Assembly: GCF_000281045.1 (NCBI RefSeq)
Contig: NW_008246073.1
Span: forward strand, 107,184 to 131,330
From: Saprolegnia diclina VS20
Lineage: Eukaryota
Reading direction: 5' to 3'
Length of the DNA stretch: 24,147 bases
Shown: in pieces, positions 20,402 to 24,147 of the stretch
Position numbering within the stretch: position 1 is the first letter of the stretch
How the letters are laid out: each line of letters starts with the position of its first letter
Translations under genes and position numbers: made by a program
Notes under the pieces: model-generated
What the model was told of the DNA's origin: nothing
What the model saw: only the letters and a program-made list of their open reading frames with translations
Databases searched by the model: none

Positions 20402-21206
20402 TTTTTGCGACGCGTCATGTGGTCGTAAATAACAACCTGCATGTACTCGGCGGTCTTGATTTCGGTCCGAGTCGAATTGTCGCCCGGGTTGGCCTATGAA
20501 ACTCCATGAGTGCAGCCGCCGCATCAAGCTACGTACTTTGGGGTCCACGTTGATGACCTTGCGATCGCGTTTGTTCTTGAAAAGCAAGCCCGTCTCGCTG
20601 TCCGCAATGACTTGAAAATTGGGGCTCGAGTTGGACGTGCAAGTCTGCGTCTCCCAGTTGTAGTAGCTTAAGTCGGAAGGTTTCGGCAAAAGGCGCTTCT
20701 TCCGCTCAAAGTATGGCTCGAACGGCTCCGACTTGAGACGCAGCGCATAGTCGATGTAGCCGCTCACTTCTTGGCCCTTTGGATTACGGTCTCGGATAAA
20801 GATGATCGACTATCCAGCGGTATCCATCAAGTTAGGAGCCCGATTCGTGTCCATATACTACCGTGAGCTTGCCGTTGCGAACCATCTCTTCGCGGCTTGC
20901 GAGCGCCGAGAGGAACGGCAGCTGGGAAAAGTCTTTGCCAGCGCTGGCAAGCTGCTTGGGCAAGTTGGTCTTTTGGGCGTTCCGCTCTCGCTCCGTCTTC
21001 TTCCGCGCCTCAAAGTCTTCGCGCCGGAGCGTCTCGCCCGTGCCGCGGTACCCGAGCTCGATGAGCTGCCGCGCGAGCTCTTCGTCTTCGAGGTAGAAGA
21101 GGTCCGTCTCGCTGATCTGCGAGTCCAAATAGTCTTCGTACGTGGCGTATGGGTCGAGCGAGTCGCTCGTAAACTGGAAGTCCGTCGGCGGGTCGTGCTC
21201 GGTCAT
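20398..21206 (-). CDS. CFAP299: Cilia- and flagella-associated protein 299 (C4orf22/DUF4464), 3 exons (~237 aa)
   Basis: Exons 21206-20862, 20809-20537, 20493-20398. Motifs [10 protein letters not shown]...[84 protein letters not shown] and YDHMTRRK are diagnostic. Confidence 0.93.
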
Positions 21207-21565
21207 CGCGCTCTCGAGTTCGATGCAAACCGACACGCCGTTTCTCAACTACCCGAGTAATTCACGGTTCCACCCGAAGGTCATTATCGTGGCACATATT
21301 AATCAATCAATCTCGGTGAATATCGACTACGGATCTCACAAGGACACTTGCTACTTCGCTAGTTGTCCGCCGAGGACAATTTAAGCATTTCCTAGTCTAG
21401 CAGCTACGTGATACTCTCTCGTCGATTGTGGGGAGCGTAATGCACCAACGCTACACCACCCACGCAGTCCGAGAACACAAACATCATGTGTATTCAAATG
21501 TGGACAATGACATCGATATGCACAAGTCACCAACGAAAGAGCAGAGACGAAGCACCACAAGACGC

Positions 21566-22804
21566 CTAGTTGCCGCACCAGATGGTGCCGTAGTCGCCGC
21601 TAAGATCTTCGCACGTCGCCGCATCAAAGTCGTAGCAGCCGTCACCGGCCGGGTAGTAGCACTGGCTGCAGCCGTGGCACTGGTCCGCCGTCGGCGCCGG
21701 CGTCGGCGCGGGTGTCTTGGTCGGCGGGTTTTGCGACGTGGGCGTCGGCGACGTGCTAATCTTGGGGTACGACGGGTGCTCGGCGACGTTGCACATGCCG
21801 TTGCTGCCGACGCCGCGCTGCAAGTAGATGTAGCCACCGGCGCCCCACGACGTGCCCCACGAGTTCTTGATCTTGAAGTGGTTGACGCCGCTGAGCGTGC
21901 CGTAGCCGACCGCGAGCACGGCGTGGTCCGACTGCGAGCCAGGGCACGACTTGACGACGCCGCTCTGGTAGTTCTTCCAGACGTTGTTGCCGGCCTCGAC
22001 GATGACCTGGACGGCCTGCTTGTCGAGCGCCGACTGGAGCGCGCTCTCGCCTTGGATGTTGACCGTGGACCCGATGCTGAGCTTGGTCTTGCGGCACGAC
22101 GTCTTGCACTGGCCGTTCTGGCCCGTCGACCCCGACGTGTACGGGTAGTCGGCTTCGGTGCAGATGCCGTTGGCCGAGATGTAGTCGAGCGCCTTCCAAG
22201 GCCAGCCGCCCTGGCAGCCTTCGCCCGAGCTCGAGTCGCAGCTCACGAGTTGCTGCTCCGAGAGGTCGAGGAGCGACCCCGTCGCGAGACAGTGCGCCTG
22301 CTCGGCCACGGCCACCGACGAGAACGTCCAGCACGACCCGCAGTTGCCCTGGTTCTTCACGGACGGGTTGCACTTGTCGGCGCTCCAGTCGATGCCAGCC
22401 GCTTCGGCCTGCTCGATCGTCAAGTCGCGGGCGACCGTGTCGGCGCGCAAGCGGCGCTCGGGCTGGCCACGAGCGAACGACCCCTTGACGTACTCGGCAA
22501 ACTCCTTCTCCGTCAAGAGCACGAACGGGTTGTTGGTCGAGAAGCGCGCCTCGGGGTGGTCGATGTTGAGCTGGTCCACGATCTTCTTGGTGGCCGCGAA
22601 GCGGACGATCTCGTCATCCGACACGTCCAGAGACTCTTGGTTGCTGCTGGGCTTGGCCAGGCCTTGCTCGATCGCGACTTTGCCGGCTTCCGTCGCCTTC
22701 CACGCCAACACTTCGGTGGCGAGCGTGGCGCGCTCGTCGTTGCTGAGCTGCATCGCCGCCGCCGACGTCGCGGCGAGGGCCATCGTGACAAAGGCGGTCT
22801 TCAT
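21566..22804 (-). CDS. Secreted papain-family (C1A) cysteine protease, copy 3, with shorter linker and variant 6-Cys module (412 aa)
   Basis: Same signal, pro and catalytic regions as copy 2 (one amino-acid difference seen, I/V in the prodomain). The tail is KISTSPTPTSQNPPTKTPAPTPAPTADQCHGCSQCYYPAGDGCYDFDAATCEDLSGDYGTIWCGN. Confidence 0.96.
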   Translation of the reverse strand: MKTAFVTMALAATSAAAMQLSNDERATLATEVLAWKATEAGKVAIEQGLAKPSSNQESLDVSDDEIVRFAATKKIVDQLNIDHPEARFSTNNPFVLLTEKEFAEYVKGSFARGQPERRLRADTVARDLTIEQAEAAGIDWSADKCNPSVKNQGNCGSCWTFSSVAVAEQAHCLATGSLLDLSEQQLVSCDSSSGEGCQGGWPWKALDYISANGICTEADYPYTSGSTGQNGQCKTSCRKTKLSIGSTVNIQGESALQSALDKQAVQVIVEAGNNVWKNYQSGVVKSCPGSQSDHAVLAVGYGTLSGVNHFKIKNSWGTSWGAGGYIYLQRGVGSNGMCNVAEHPSYPKISTSPTPTSQNPPTKTPAPTPAPTADQCHGCSQCYYPAGDGCYDFDAATCEDLSGDYGTIWCGN

Positions 22805-22839
22805 GGTTGTGGTGGTGGTAGTGGTGTCGGAGACGACGC

Positions 22840-22855
22840 GAGTTGGAAAATGAGC
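22840..22855 (-). promoter_or_regulatory. Oomycete Inr/FPR-like core promoter, protease copy 3
   Basis: Minus strand GCTCATTTTCCAACTC at the same spacing as in copies 1 and 2. Confidence 0.65.
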
Positions 22856-24147
22856 CGATCGAAACGCAAGGTCGAGCGAGGCGCCTCGAGACGGCGATGC
22901 CGTTGCGCGATCCGAGGTGCGTGAGGCAGGGCTAGGGTTCAGTCGACGTCTGAGTCTGCGGGTCTGAGTTGATCAAACCAGATTGAACTATGTGCAGTAT
23001 GTGAACCCACGAGGGATAACCTCATGATTTTCTGTGATTGTTCAGCCGACAGAGTAGAATGTTGATTGCTACGGATGTCGTTTCGAAGCACGTCAAATGT
23101 ACTATGGCTGCGGAGCGGCTTTGTTGTGTCTGTGTGCTCCGTTGCATGTAGTCTGTCAAATGAAATGACTTGAATGACGAGGACGTTACATTTTGGATCA
23201 CAATGCCGGCGCACTCGCGGGCTGTGATAGGCTTCACATCCCGCCTTCTAGCTGCGTGTCTACCGTAGTAGGCCACTGACTACCGCTGTTTGCGACAACT
23301 GTTTGCGAACTCTGATGCAAGCCCACCTACTCAGATGCCGATGTCAATGATCCCACTTGAACCTTCTTTTGCTTGTTCCTTGGAACGGTGACACGCATGG
23401 GTCAGGATTCAACACCGTGATCCGACGACGTTATCTGGTGAGAATGGTGTAATAAAATCGGCCCCAGCGTATCCAAGCAAATCCAAAGAAAAACGCATGT
23501 CGTACGAGCAAATCATACGACGGTCGCCTTTAACTTCTCGACCATTTGACTGGTGGGCAGAGACGGGACATCTGGTTCATACCCATGATGGCGTCAAAGC
23601 TGCTACCGCTCGAACCAAAATCCACCAACGAAAAGATGCAATACGACCTAAACGTTGCCTCACGAGGAATACTCGTTATATCGTGTAAGCATATTATTGT
23701 AAGCTAGATTTCCCTTTGACACATTCATACGTGAGTTTGCACTTGTATAGTTGCGCAATTCGCCATATAGGCCCATTAGCCCAATGAAAGCCCCAGAGAA
23801 CAATAGAAAAGCTACAGGAGAAGCTTCTTGCCCAGCCACGAGAAACAGAAGATACTCTTACCGGTATGCATCGAACAGAGGCGGCAAACTCAGCAGCGCA
23901 ACATCCCACTGAGCTATGCCGGACCAAGCTCCAAGCTCCAATTCCGCAATGTGATCATTATACTCTGTTTCGACTTTGTAAAATACCCCGAATCGCTACT
24001 CAGAAGTGAATCTGAGCCCGTCAGATCATGATGCCTGCCACACGCAAAAACAAGTGCATCCAGAGTATGACTGTCGGGGAAGGGACGATCACTCCACAAC
24101 CATAACAAAGTCAAGTATTCCCCACGACTACGCACCGTTATAACCCT

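Noticed and set aside
21428..22924. 498-aa plus-strand ORF (and equivalents 13235-14107, 15353-16027)
   Set aside because: These are antisense shadows of the protease genes.
23286..23308. CTGTTTGCGA repeated twice
   Set aside because: A short local duplication, too little evidence for function.

Overview
Eukaryotic, GC-rich, gene-dense window with short (43-71 nt) GT-AG introns, most consistent with a Saprolegniales-type oomycete (inferred from intron size, codon usage, an oomycete Inr-like promoter element and gene content). From left to right it holds: a secreted or ER-type coiled-coil gene running off the left edge; a 10-exon SKI3/TTC37 TPR gene; a 3-exon two-RRM gene; RNase P/MRP subunit RPP40; a frame-disrupted Crinkler-like P-loop NTPase plus PD-(D/E)XK nuclease locus; a SPRY-domain gene; three near-identical secreted papain-family (C1A) cysteine protease genes (one spans a 640-N gap); a probable Copia gag relic; a 9-exon coiled-coil gene that the ORF track misses; and CFAP299. 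The most notable structure is the protease array. Two copies form a ~1.7 kb-arm inverted duplication around a shared divergent promoter that is densely studded with a CTCAGA motif. The third copy is homogenised over promoter, prodomain and catalytic domain but carries a different linker and Cys-rich C-terminal module. Other oddities are twin 12+1+12 palindromes, overlapping stop codons of two convergent genes and a duplicated 60-bp CCAAT-containing promoter module. All gene models were assembled by eye and no searches were run.
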